A stretch of 64,000 nt of DNA from Flavobacteriaceae bacterium CG2_30_34_30. GTDB taxonomy: Bacteria > Bacteroidota > Bacteroidia > Flavobacteriales > Flavobacteriaceae. The stretch lies in NCBI GenBank assembly GCA_001873105.1, contig MNYN01000011.1:11716-75715 (forward strand), given 5' to 3'. Positions 37,420 through 47,451 of this stretch are shown one piece after another. Below the pieces are notes generated by a model. That model made no database searches. It saw only the letters and a program-made list of their open reading frames with translations, and was not told the DNA's origin. Position 1 is the stretch's first letter. Each line of letters starts with the position of its first letter. The position numbers were made by a program, and so were the translations under genes.

Positions 37420-39147
37420 ATGATTCTCTCTACCATTGATTACGTCATTTTAATTAGTTTTTTTATCGTTTCCCTTGCTATCGGAATACTTGTTGCAAAA
37501 CAAAGCGGTAAAAACACCGAATCCTATTTTCTTTCCGGCAGAAATATGCCATGGTGGTTATTAGGTTTTTCTATGGTTGCTACCACCTTTGCTGCAGATA
37601 CTCCCAACTTTGTAGCCGGAGTTATTAGGGAAGATGGTGTTTCCGGAAATTGGATTTGGTGGAGTTTTCTGCTTACGGGCATGGTTACTGTTTTCTTTTA
37701 CGCAAAATTATGGAGAAAAAGCGGTGTTACAACCGATTTAGAATTTTATGAACTTCGCTACAGCGGTAGAAGTGCTGCATTTTTAAGGGGCTTTCGCGCC
37801 ATATATCTAGGTGTGTTTTTCAATATTATTATCATGGCAAATGTTTGCTTAGCCGCAATAAAAATTGGTCATGTAATGTTTGGTTTTACCGAATTTCAAA
37901 GTCTTTTTGTAGCTTGTACTGTAACCGTTTTTTATTCTATGCTTGGCGGTTTGCGCGGCGTTTTAATAACCGATTTTATTCAGTTTATTATTGCGATGAC
38001 AGGAAGTATTTGGGCGGCAATATATATTGTAAACCATGAAGCTGTGGGTGGGTTAAGTAAAATGCTGGCTGCACCACAACTGCAAGACAAACTATCCATG
38101 TTTCCTGATTTTAGCAATTGGGAAATTTTAGTGCCTATGTTTATTATACCTCTTGCCGTGCAGTGGTGGAGCGTATGGTATCCAGGAGCAGAGCCGGGTG
38201 GTGGTGGTTATATAGCCCAAAGAATGCTTGCAGCTAAAGACGAAAAACACGCTACTTGGGCTACCTTATTCTTTAATTTTGCACATTATGCTTTACGCCC
38301 TTGGCCTTGGATAATAATTGGTTTGGCCTCTTTAATTGTATATCCTGATTTGGCTAGTTTGCAAACCGCTTTTCCTGACTTTAATCCAGATTATGTGAAA
38401 AATGATTTATCGTATCCAGCAATGCTTAGATTACTGCCTTCAGGATTATTAGGTTTAGTTATTACTTCTTTGGTTGCAGCCTTTATGAGTACCATTTCAA
38501 CCCATTTAAACTGGGGATCTTCCTATGTTGTGAATGATTTTTATGCTCGTTTTATTAAAAAATCGGCTTCTGAAAAAGAAAAGGTTTTAGTGGGCAGGCT
38601 TTCCACTTTTCTTATGATTATTTGTGCTGCATTTTTAGCCTTAGTTTTAGAAGAAGCTAGAGAAGCATTTAATTTATTATTGCAAATCGGAGCCGGAACA
38701 GGTTTATTGTTTATACTGCGCTGGTTTTGGAGAAGAATCAATCCATATAGTGAAATCACGGCTATGGGAGTTTCCTTCCTCATCGCCGGATTTTTCTTTA
38801 TTAATGGAAAAATGGAAACACCATTATTTACTTTGGCATCGCATTGGCAATTAGTCATTGGCGTAATTTTCACTACCTTTTGTTGGGTATTTGTCACACT
38901 CATTACAAAACCATCTAAATTATCTACTATAGAAACCTTTGAGGCACTTGTATTTGAAAAAGAAGGGAAATTTAAAAACTTTAGCTATAAATTTTTATCC
39001 CTGTTTTTAGGAACAATAGGCATTTACTGTTTTTTGTTTGCAACCGGTTATTTTATTTATGGCAATACTTTATTGGGCAGTATTTTATCGGTAACCACAG
39101 TAATTTGCGTACTTATTTTAATAAAAATTTGGCGAAAAGTTAGTTAA
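37420..39147 (+). CDS. Sodium:solute symporter family protein
   Basis: SMVATTFAADTP, GGLRGVLITD, GGGYIAQRMLAAK, AAFMST. Confidence 0.92.
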   Translation: MILSTIDYVILISFFIVSLAIGILVAKQSGKNTESYFLSGRNMPWWLLGFSMVATTFAADTPNFVAGVIREDGVSGNWIWWSFLLTGMVTVFFYAKLWRKSGVTTDLEFYELRYSGRSAAFLRGFRAIYLGVFFNIIIMANVCLAAIKIGHVMFGFTEFQSLFVACTVTVFYSMLGGLRGVLITDFIQFIIAMTGSIWAAIYIVNHEAVGGLSKMLAAPQLQDKLSMFPDFSNWEILVPMFIIPLAVQWWSVWYPGAEPGGGGYIAQRMLAAKDEKHATWATLFFNFAHYALRPWPWIIIGLASLIVYPDLASLQTAFPDFNPDYVKNDLSYPAMLRLLPSGLLGLVITSLVAAFMSTISTHLNWGSSYVVNDFYARFIKKSASEKEKVLVGRLSTFLMIICAAFLALVLEEAREAFNLLLQIGAGTGLLFILRWFWRRINPYSEITAMGVSFLIAGFFFINGKMETPLFTLASHWQLVIGVIFTTFCWVFVTLITKPSKLSTIETFEALVFEKEGKFKNFSYKFLSLFLGTIGIYCFLFATGYFIYGNTLLGSILSVTTVICVLILIKIWRKVS

Positions 39148-39323
39148 TGTTACCTATCAGCAAGGAAATTTGATTCAACTTTTCATTAATTATTTTAACA
39201 AACAATTTCTGGCGCAAGCAATATAGTTACTCGCTCCCTGTTATCCATAGAGGAAAACTTTCTATTCCATTAAATTAGTTATAAATAAGGATATTTTTTA
39301 GATACCTTCATTTACTTTACATC

Positions 39324-41621
39324 GTGAAACAAACTTTTCGTAACATAGTTAAAAACAAGTATTTTAAATGGTTCATTGGAAGTATTTTGGTACTTTTTGT
39401 TGCCTTTTTCAGTTTCTATGTAAGCATCTATATTGGTCTTTGGGGTCCTGTGCCTACAACAAAACAACTGTCCGAAATCAAGCAAAGTGAAGCTTCAGAA
39501 GTATTTGCCAATGACGGTGAATTAATGGGGAAATACTTTCTTTTTGACAGACAGTCCATAACATATAATGATTTACCAAAACACCTAATTGACGCCCTTG
39601 TAGCAACAGAAGATGCACGTTTTTTTGAACACAACGGCATTGATGGACAAAGCTTATTTCGAGTATTTTTTAAAACCATATTGTTGCAAAAAGCTTCTGC
39701 AGGCGGTGGTAGCACTATTACTTTGCAATTGGCAAAAAATCTTTACGGAAGAAATGACAGAAGTAATGTTGGAATTGTGGTTACAAAAATTAGAGAATCC
39801 ATAATTGCTAGACGCATGGAAACTCTTTATACAAAAGATGAAATCCTTACCTTATATTTTAATACAGTTCCCTTTAGTGATAACACCTTTGGTATAGAAA
39901 GTTCCGCAATGAAATTTTTTAATAAACATACTGCAGAGTTAAGTATTGCTGAGGCGGCAACACTTATTGGAACCCTTAAAGCCTCTAATTATTATAACCC
40001 ACGAATACATCCTGAAAGAAGTATTCAACGTCGTAATATTGTTTTGTCGCAGATGGAAAAATACAAATATCTTCAACCTACTGTTGCTGAAACCGCTAAA
40101 AAGGATTCTTTGTACTTAAACTACCAATACTATAGTCACAATCAAGGTATTGCAACTTATTTTAGAGAACATTTGCGAAAAGAAATTACACAAATACTAG
40201 ATACCCTGAAAAAGAAAAATGGAGGACATTATAATTTGTATCAAGATGGTATTAAAATCTACACAACAATTGATTTTGAAATGCAACAATATGCCGAAAC
40301 AGCAATGTTGCAACACATGGCAGCACTTCAAAAAGATTTTGAAAAATCGTATGGAAACAAAGCCCCTTGGTTAATGGATAAAAAATTAATCCAAAGGGAA
40401 TTGGAAAAAACGGCACTATACAAATCCTTAAAAAAACAAAAATATTCGGAAAAAGCTATTTTAGATTCTTTGAATGTTCCCACCAATAGACAGTTTTTTA
40501 ATTATGATGAAACAATTGATTTACAAGCAAGTGTGATAGATAGTATTAAGCATTACTTAAAATTTTTAAACATAGGTATGCTTACTGTAGAGCCTGCCAC
40601 AGGAGCCGTAAAAACATGGATTGGAGGCGTTGATTTTAGCAGTTTTCAATTTGATCATGTATCACAAAGTAAGCGACAAGTAGGCTCAATATTTAAACCA
40701 ATTGTATATGCTGCAGCTCTTGAAAATGGTATGGAATATTGTTCCTATTTTCCAATTCAGGAAGTTACTTATGGTGAAGATTATACGCCTTCAAATGCTT
40801 CAACACCTGATGATAATGACCCATATTTGAATTATTCACTGAAATATGCATTGAGTAATTCCGTGAATACGATTGCTGTGAAAGTATTGATGGAAACCGG
40901 TATAGGCAATGTAATTTCACAAGCACAAAAAATGGGAATCACAACCGAATTGCCTGAAGTTACTTCCTTAGCGCTTGGTACTGCTGAAATATCGATTTTA
41001 GAATTTGCAAAGGCATACACAACCTTCACAAACAAAGGAGTTCCTTCCACTCCCTATTTTATAACAAAAATAGAAGATAGAAATGGAAATATTCTGGCAG
41101 AATTTAAACCCAGTCAAAATAAAAAAGCTGCCTATTCTGAAGAAACAAGGCATTATATGTTAGATATGCTTAAAGCCACAGTAAACGAAGGAACGGCAAG
41201 CAGATTAAGGAGTGCCTATGGTTTAAGAAATGATATTGCGGGAAAAACCGGAACGACTCAAAACAATAAAGATGGTTGGTTTGTTGGCATTACCCCAAAA
41301 TTAACCACCATAACTTGGGTGGGCCATGATAACTATGCCATCGGATTTAAAAATACTTCAATGGGGCAAGGAGCAAATTCTGCATTGCCTGTTTTTGCTG
41401 CATTCTACCAATTATTAAATAAAGACACTAGATTTGATGTCTATACAAAAGCAAGATTTGAATTGGTGCCAAACAACATAAAAGAAAAATTAAATTGTGA
41501 GCCCACCAAAAGAGATGGTTTTTTAAAACGATTATTTTCCAATCCTGATAAAAACAAACAAGGCAAAAAAGATAAAAAAGGAGCTTTTTTTTCCATTTTT
41601 AAAAAGAAAGATAAAAATTAA
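39324..41621 (+). CDS. Class A penicillin-binding protein (PBP1A-type), GTG start
   Basis: Transglycosylase EDARFFEH and GGSTITLQLAKN; transpeptidase SIFK, SVN, KTG. Confidence 0.93.
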   Translation: MKQTFRNIVKNKYFKWFIGSILVLFVAFFSFYVSIYIGLWGPVPTTKQLSEIKQSEASEVFANDGELMGKYFLFDRQSITYNDLPKHLIDALVATEDARFFEHNGIDGQSLFRVFFKTILLQKASAGGGSTITLQLAKNLYGRNDRSNVGIVVTKIRESIIARRMETLYTKDEILTLYFNTVPFSDNTFGIESSAMKFFNKHTAELSIAEAATLIGTLKASNYYNPRIHPERSIQRRNIVLSQMEKYKYLQPTVAETAKKDSLYLNYQYYSHNQGIATYFREHLRKEITQILDTLKKKNGGHYNLYQDGIKIYTTIDFEMQQYAETAMLQHMAALQKDFEKSYGNKAPWLMDKKLIQRELEKTALYKSLKKQKYSEKAILDSLNVPTNRQFFNYDETIDLQASVIDSIKHYLKFLNIGMLTVEPATGAVKTWIGGVDFSSFQFDHVSQSKRQVGSIFKPIVYAAALENGMEYCSYFPIQEVTYGEDYTPSNASTPDDNDPYLNYSLKYALSNSVNTIAVKVLMETGIGNVISQAQKMGITTELPEVTSLALGTAEISILEFAKAYTTFTNKGVPSTPYFITKIEDRNGNILAEFKPSQNKKAAYSEETRHYMLDMLKATVNEGTASRLRSAYGLRNDIAGKTGTTQNNKDGWFVGITPKLTTITWVGHDNYAIGFKNTSMGQGANSALPVFAAFYQLLNKDTRFDVYTKARFELVPNNIKEKLNCEPTKRDGFLKRLFSNPDKNKQGKKDKKGAFFSIFKKKDKN

Positions 41622-43123
41622 ATATTTTTTCTAATTAGTGCGCGCAGACTTCTTTTATAATCTTCTTCCAACCATTCTTGATAGTTTGTAGTTGATTTAC
41701 TTATGCAATAAGCATATTGTTGTACTCTAAATGCAATAGACTCATTTAAAAGCTTTACCAGTTCTAATGCGTCATAAGCATCTTCACTATTATCTAAACA
41801 AATTTTAGCATGTTGTTCTATAGCCATATCTAAAGCTGACTTGGGTTTTAGCCCTTTATTTTTATTTTCCTTAAAAACAGCTTCTACATCAAAATCGAGG
41901 TCTTTTGATTTTTTAAATTTCTTTCTTAGTTCTTTAGGCATTTCATAAGTAAAATACCGTTCAATGTTTTCATCAGAAATTAAATTATCAAAGTAATAAT
42001 CCGGATTTTTAAATATACTTTGCCAATCTACTGCATCTTCCCAAAGTCCAAAACGCGCAACATTATTTCCCATGTCCACTACAGTAAAAGTCTTTTTATT
42101 CTCTAAAACTCTAGAGCCTCTTCCAATCATTTGATGATACAGAGTGAGCGATCTTGTGGCTCGGTTTAAAATGATGGCTTCAATGTCCGGCACATCAAAC
42201 CCTGTGGTAAGAATTCCTACCGAAGTTATAATGGCATCCGGCGTTTCTCTAAACCAATCAATAATTTCTTTACGCTCTGAATCGGTATGTTTGTTGTCTA
42301 AATGTTTGATGGGATAACCCGCTCTTTTAAAAGATTCAAATACAAATTTGGAAGTATTGATACCATTATTAAAAATTAGTGTTTTTTTATTTTTAGCACG
42401 TTCTTCATAAGCATAAATCAGTTTTTCTTGCATCGCATAATCAATATAAACTACTTCAGAAGATTTTACGGTGTAATCCCCATTTATTCCAATGCGCAAA
42501 GCACCTAAACCTACATCATAGGAATAGGTTGTGGCTTTTGAAAGAAATCCATTTTCTATCAATTCAGAAATGGAGTGCCCAACAATTAATTCATTGTAGG
42601 TATTTTTCATTGGTAAATGAATGTTTGAACTGAGCGGGGTTGCAGTTACTCCAAGGATATCACACTTATTAAAATATTTAAATAATTTTCGAAAAGAATT
42701 GTAATGTGCTTCATCTACAATTACCAACCCGATATTTTTCATATCTAATTGTTTCTCTTTCAATCGGTTATTTAACGTTTCTACCATCGCCACATAGCAC
42801 ATATAGTCTTCTTGGTTAGGAATTTCTTTAACCGTGCTGTTGATTACTTTATTTTTAACTTTAATTTCTGATAGGGTGGTTGATGTTTGTTTGCTTAATT
42901 CGATGCGGTGGGTTAAAATCAAAACCTTTTTCCCAGTTTCTTTAATGTATCTCTTTGCTATTTCAGAAAAAATAATTGTTTTTCCTCCTCCGGTAGGCAA
43001 CTGGTAAAGTATGTTATAACTTTCGGGAAAGCTTTTGAAGCGTTCAAAAATGGTTTCAATTGCTTCCTTTTGATAGGTATACAATTCCCTTTCAATATTT
43101 ATTACATTTTCCTCTAAATTCAA
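41618..43123 (-). CDS. SF2 DEAD/DEAH-box helicase (ResIII/YejH-like)
   Basis: PTGGGKT, DEAH, TATP, QMIGRGSR. Confidence 0.9.
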   Translation of the reverse strand: MNLEENVINIERELYTYQKEAIETIFERFKSFPESYNILYQLPTGGGKTIIFSEIAKRYIKETGKKVLILTHRIELSKQTSTTLSEIKVKNKVINSTVKEIPNQEDYMCYVAMVETLNNRLKEKQLDMKNIGLVIVDEAHYNSFRKLFKYFNKCDILGVTATPLSSNIHLPMKNTYNELIVGHSISELIENGFLSKATTYSYDVGLGALRIGINGDYTVKSSEVVYIDYAMQEKLIYAYEERAKNKKTLIFNNGINTSKFVFESFKRAGYPIKHLDNKHTDSERKEIIDWFRETPDAIITSVGILTTGFDVPDIEAIILNRATRSLTLYHQMIGRGSRVLENKKTFTVVDMGNNVARFGLWEDAVDWQSIFKNPDYYFDNLISDENIERYFTYEMPKELRKKFKKSKDLDFDVEAVFKENKNKGLKPKSALDMAIEQHAKICLDNSEDAYDALELVKLLNESIAFRVQQYAYCISKSTTNYQEWLEEDYKRSLRALIRKNI

Positions 43124-43279
43124 AATTTATTGTCTTTAATTCCTTTGTTGCAAAAATAATACCTTTAAAAGGTTATCTCATAAAATTATAGGATTTCTTT
43201 TTAACAAATCTAGTAGCATTCACAATTCTTTAAGGATATTATAACACTTGCTTCTCTTGCATTTTACAAAACTAGCCTT

Positions 43280-43287
43280 ACTTTTGC
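43280..43287 (+). promoter_or_regulatory. Sigma-A -7 element (TACTTTTG)
   Basis: Exact TAnnTTTG match about 30 nt before the ATG at 43318. Confidence 0.55.
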
Positions 43288-43317
43288 ATAGAGTTTATTT
43301 CGATTAGAAATGCCACA

Positions 43318-43920
43318 ATGAAAAAAAAATCACGCCTACAATTACTGCATCAATATTATAGCTACACAGGATTTTATGGATTCTTAGGAAGTAGTTTACT
43401 AAAAGCAATTCCCCTAATTGTGCTTTTTATAGGAGGATTGCTTGCCATTCATTTTTATGTCATAGATGTGAATGTTCTTTTAAGCAAAATGACAGAAACT
43501 TTTCCTGCATTTGGTATATTATCGGTTTTCTTCATATCAGAATCTATATTAGGGCTAATTCCCCCGGAAATTTTTATTGCTTGGTCCAGTAAATCTGCAA
43601 CCCCTATATTTCATTTATCGCTATTGGCTCTATTATCTTATGCCGGAGGAGTGGTATCTTATTTTATAGGGAAAGCCATCACTAAAATACCATCTGTAAC
43701 TGAGTATCTTGAGGTGAAAATGGCAAAGCATATAAGAAACACTAGAAAATGGGGAGGTTTTCTTATCATTGTAGGCGCCCTTTTACCCATACCCTACTCG
43801 CTAACCACAATGACTGCAGGTATTATAAATTATCCATTAAAAAGTTTGTTATTTTTTGGAACTTTACGCTTATTGCGTTTCTATATTTATGCACTTGCCA
43901 TTTTCAATATAGTTTCCTAA
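43318..43920 (+). CDS. DedA/YqaA (SNARE-associated, VTT-domain) membrane protein
   Basis: SESILGLIPPE, GALLPIPYS, RLLRF; multiple TM helices. Confidence 0.8.
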   Translation: MKKKSRLQLLHQYYSYTGFYGFLGSSLLKAIPLIVLFIGGLLAIHFYVIDVNVLLSKMTETFPAFGILSVFFISESILGLIPPEIFIAWSSKSATPIFHLSLLALLSYAGGVVSYFIGKAITKIPSVTEYLEVKMAKHIRNTRKWGGFLIIVGALLPIPYSLTTMTAGIINYPLKSLLFFGTLRLLRFYIYALAIFNIVS

Positions 43921-43977
43921 AAAAATTCTTTTTCTAAAATTATAATTATATCTCGTTTTGTTAAATATTCGTTAAAT

Positions 43978-44000
43978 AGTACTTTGTTAAACATAGTACT
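43978..44000. promoter_or_regulatory. 23-bp imperfect palindrome (operator-like) abutting an ECF-type -35 box
   Basis: AGTACT-T-TGTT-A-AACA-T-AGTACT. Confidence 0.45.
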
Positions 44001-44027
44001 GTAACAATTTTAATTCTATGTCGTCTA
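44001..44027 (+). promoter_or_regulatory. Putative ECF-sigma promoter GTAAC-N16-CGTCTA
   Basis: Fits the general ECF pattern AAC-N16/17-CGT. Lies 30 nt before a small ORF. Confidence 0.6.
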
Positions 44028-44057
44028 TTAAGTATATCAATCATAAATCAAAAAGCG

Positions 44058-44189
44058 ATGACAACAATGAAAAGAATTTTCGAAACCGTTAGTGAAGCTA
44101 GAGACACCCATCAATTAAACAAACGGATCCTTTTAGATATCAGCAACAAAAGAGATATCTGGAATGGACGAAGAAGATTTGGTTATTAA
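44058..44189 (+). CDS. Small basic protein, 43 aa (40 aa from the second ATG); not in the ORF track
   Basis: MTTMKRIFETVSEARDTHQLNKRILLDISNKRDIWNGRRRFGY, with its own promoter-like element and terminator. Confidence 0.6.
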   Translation: MTTMKRIFETVSEARDTHQLNKRILLDISNKRDIWNGRRRFGY

Positions 44190-44245
44190 TCCTAGCCAAA
44201 AGTAACAAGCAAAAATAAGATTTTGAATTAGCCTTTAAAAATCTT

Positions 44246-44276
44246 AAACCCCGGTGCAAATTTGTATCGGGGTTTT
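44246..44276. terminator. Bidirectional intrinsic terminator
   Basis: AAACCCCGGTGCA...TGTATCGGGGTTT stem between convergent genes. Confidence 0.8.
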
Positions 44277-44282
44277 CTTTAT

Positions 44283-45008
44283 TTAATTAGAAGGAGGAAT
44301 TGATGGGCGAACTTCTATTTTACTTGGCAATGTTCTTGGGTTCATTCGCAACAAATCTACTACCATAGATCCAATATCTTCTTTTTGAATTTTCCAATCA
44401 TCGTTTCCATTCGGCACATGATTATTAAAATGTGTAGCCACAGAGCCAGGCATAATGGTGGTGACTTTTATTTCATACTTTCGCAAATCCAGCATAACTG
44501 CCTGTGAAAAACCGGTTACACCAAATTTACTGGCATTATAAGCCGCACCACCTGCAAAAAAATTAGCCCCGGCAAGACTGGAAATAGTGATTACATATCC
44601 TTTTGTTTTTTTTAATTCTTCAACGCTTGCTTTTATGCTATAAAATACGCCCGTTAAATTGGTATCTATCGTTTCATTCCATTGGTCTAAAGTCAATTCA
44701 TCTATTGGCGCAAAATATCCTAAACCGGCATTGGCAACCAAAATATCTAACTTTCCAAATTTTTCAACTACCTCTTTCACAGCATTTTCCTGACTTTTAT
44801 AATTTTTTACATCTGCTTTAATTCCTATGACTTGCGCTTTCCCTTTGCATAATTCCTTTAGTTTATTTACTGCCTCATTTACAGATTCTTTAGTTCTGCT
44901 AGTTATTGCTACGTGAATACCTTGCCACATGAGTGCCTCTGCTATTCCAAAACCTATTCCTTTTGAACCTCCGGTAATTAAAGCTACTTTGTTTTCTAAA
45001 AATTGCAT
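44283..45008 (-). CDS. SDR-family oxidoreductase
   Basis: TGGSKGIG, NAG, YNASK. Confidence 0.95.
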   Translation of the reverse strand: MQFLENKVALITGGSKGIGFGIAEALMWQGIHVAITSRTKESVNEAVNKLKELCKGKAQVIGIKADVKNYKSQENAVKEVVEKFGKLDILVANAGLGYFAPIDELTLDQWNETIDTNLTGVFYSIKASVEELKKTKGYVITISSLAGANFFAGGAAYNASKFGVTGFSQAVMLDLRKYEIKVTTIMPGSVATHFNNHVPNGNDDWKIQKEDIGSMVVDLLRMNPRTLPSKIEVRPSIPPSN

Positions 45009-45127
45009 ATTTATTTATTTGTTTTTATTGAAAACTCTAAACTAATAAAAAGGGGACACTTTTAAAAGAAATTTCCTTTAAATTAGTGTTTCTTTTTTAT
45101 TCTTTAACTTTATCAAAAAAAATATCT

Positions 45128-45751
45128 ATGCTTGATTTTAAAAATATTCTTTTTTATTCACTCTTTCTTTTTTCTTTTGCTTCGTTTACAAAAAAATCTG
45201 AGCATTTAGTTTCTATAAACTCCCTTTCCTCCTCTTTTTATTTGGATATTAGATATGCCACAAGCAATAATTTTTTAGGTGAAAAACTATACGATTGTAG
45301 TGTTTGTTTACTACTCCCTGAAGTTGCTGAAGCATTAAATAATGCCAATTATTATTTTTGTGATCGGGGGTTTGTCCTTACCTTATTTGATTGTTATCGA
45401 CCGCTTTCCGTACAAAAAAAAATGTGGACAAAAGTACCAAACCCAATTTATGTAGCTAATCCTGCAATTGGTTCTGTACATAATCGTGGTGCAGCTGTAG
45501 ATTTGACATTAAAAACAATAAATGGGAAAAATATAGATATGGGCACAGAATATGATTTTTTTGGAAGAGCCGCCCATATTGATAACTTAAACCTTCCTAA
45601 TGAGGTCGTCGTAAACAGAAAAATACTTCAGGATGGAATGAAAAGTTTTGGGTTTGTAACAATTCAATCGGAATGGTGGCATTTTAATTTTGTGAAGAAA
45701 AATGGTTCACCTGTTTTAAATAGTCCTTTACCCTGTAATCAAGCTTTTTGA
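45128..45751 (+). CDS. M15-family D-Ala-D-Ala dipeptidase (DdpX/VanX-like), signal peptide
   Basis: DIRYAT, DCYRP, SVHNRGAAVDL, EWWHF. ATG at 45128 preferred. Confidence 0.9.
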   Translation: MLDFKNILFYSLFLFSFASFTKKSEHLVSINSLSSSFYLDIRYATSNNFLGEKLYDCSVCLLLPEVAEALNNANYYFCDRGFVLTLFDCYRPLSVQKKMWTKVPNPIYVANPAIGSVHNRGAAVDLTLKTINGKNIDMGTEYDFFGRAAHIDNLNLPNEVVVNRKILQDGMKSFGFVTIQSEWWHFNFVKKNGSPVLNSPLPCNQAF

Positions 45752-45846
45752 ATTTTAAAAAAACATTAAGAAAAAAACAACAGTGTTAGGTACCGTAACT
45801 AAATCACATTATATCTACCTTTGCAAAAATTTTACTATAAATTAAG

Positions 45847-46122
45847 ATGATAAAAACGTTTAGAATTATTGCCCTTTTAGAAGGAATCTCTCTTTTAGTA
45901 TTACTTTTAATTGCAATGCCTTTAAAATATATATGGGATGCACCACAAATGGTTAGCACTGTAGGAATGGCTCATGGTGTCCTTTTTTTGATGTATGTTG
46001 TGTTTGCTATAATGGTATATTCCGAATTAAAATGGGTAATGAAAACCCTTGCTATTGTTATGCTTGCATCAATAATTCCTTTTGGAACTTTTTATGTAGA
46101 AAAAAAATACTTAACCGTATAA
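45847..46122 (+). CDS. DUF3817 membrane protein
   Basis: FRIIALLEGIS, AHGVLF, IPFGTF. TACCTTTG -7 box upstream. Confidence 0.85.
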   Translation: MIKTFRIIALLEGISLLVLLLIAMPLKYIWDAPQMVSTVGMAHGVLFLMYVVFAIMVYSELKWVMKTLAIVMLASIIPFGTFYVEKKYLTV

Positions 46123-46125
46123 AGT

Positions 46126-47445
46126 ATGTTTATAGATTTTGATTTAAAAGAATTCAGTTGTTTGCTTGAAAGTTACCTTTTAAAGCAAGGAATGCTCCCT
46201 TTTTGGGCTAGTAGCATAAATTTGATAGTCAATTTTTTAGCAATAATAACTATTGCCTACTTCTTGGATAGAGTTTTAAGAAAAGTTGTTGTGGAGTCTT
46301 TCAAAGCCTTTTCTTTAAAAACAAAAACAACGTTTGATGATTTTTTAGTAGAAAGTAACTTTCCAAGATACGTTGCTCATATTATTCCCCTACTCCTAAT
46401 AAAAAATATTTTTCCTGTAGTTTTTGATGGTTTTCCACACATTCTAAACGCATTAATAACCATAACTACCATTTATGGCATTATTTTAATAGTAAAAATA
46501 ATTAGAAGTATTTTTCGCTCTTCAAAAAAATATTTACGTACGTTGGAAAATTATAGCGACAAGCCCCTAGATAGCTATATGCAGGTAATGATGATTTTTT
46601 TATGGGGAATTGCCTTATTTTTTATCGTGTACGAAATTACCGGTAAAGACATCTTAAGTTTTGCCACTTTAGGTGCTGCATCAGCAGTTATACTTTTAAT
46701 ATTTAAAGACACCATTTTAGGTTTCGTAGCTTCCATTCAGGTTTCTGTAAATGATATTGTTCGTATAGGCGATTGGATAACTTTTAGTAAATATGGTGCT
46801 GATGGCTATGTAACCGATATAAACCTAGCAACCGTACGTGTGCAAAATTGGGACAATACCTACACCACTATTCCTACCTATAGTTTGATTTCAGATTCTT
46901 TTCAAAATTGGCGTGGTATGCAGGAATCAGCAGGAAGAAGAATTAAAAGAGCTATTTACATAAAACAATCTTCTATTCGGTTTTTAACTCCTGAAATGAT
47001 TGAAAAATATAAAAAAATTGAATTGGTTAAGCCATACATAGAACATCGACAAAGAGAAATTACAAAACACAATGAAAAAATAAATGTTGATAAATCGGTT
47101 TTAATTAATGGTAGAAACCAAACCAATTTTGGTGTTTTTAGAAAATTTGTTGATGCTTCTATTAATGAAAATTCAGCTATTAATAAGGAAATGTTTTTAA
47201 TGGTGCGTCAACTTCATCCAACCTCTAAAGGAATTCCATTAGAAATATTCTGCTTTAGCAACGATAAAAGATGGCAAAGCTATGAAGCTATTATGGCAGA
47301 TATTTTTGATCACGTAATCGCTTCCGTACCCTATTTTGATTTAGAAGTCTTTGAAGATCCTACTGGAAATGATATAAAAGCTTTATTAAATTTAAATCAA
47401 ACAGAAGTAATTACAACTTCACACCCGCCAAATGCTTCTTTATAA
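46126..47445 (+). CDS. MscS-family mechanosensitive channel (YbdG-like)
   Basis: GAASAVILLIFKDTILG, VRIGDWI, NWRGMQESAGRRIKR. Confidence 0.93.
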   Translation: MFIDFDLKEFSCLLESYLLKQGMLPFWASSINLIVNFLAIITIAYFLDRVLRKVVVESFKAFSLKTKTTFDDFLVESNFPRYVAHIIPLLLIKNIFPVVFDGFPHILNALITITTIYGIILIVKIIRSIFRSSKKYLRTLENYSDKPLDSYMQVMMIFLWGIALFFIVYEITGKDILSFATLGAASAVILLIFKDTILGFVASIQVSVNDIVRIGDWITFSKYGADGYVTDINLATVRVQNWDNTYTTIPTYSLISDSFQNWRGMQESAGRRIKRAIYIKQSSIRFLTPEMIEKYKKIELVKPYIEHRQREITKHNEKINVDKSVLINGRNQTNFGVFRKFVDASINENSAINKEMFLMVRQLHPTSKGIPLEIFCFSNDKRWQSYEAIMADIFDHVIASVPYFDLEVFEDPTGNDIKALLNLNQTEVITTSHPPNASL

Positions 47446-47451
47446 AAGGAT

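Noticed and set aside
41618-43123. Helicase as part of a restriction-modification or defence system
   Set aside because: No methyltransferase, nuclease domain or defence neighbours; it looks like a stand-alone housekeeping SF2 helicase.
45128-45751. Vancomycin resistance (vanX)
   Set aside because: No vanH/vanA/vanRS; it is a stand-alone secreted M15 dipeptidase in a Gram-negative host.
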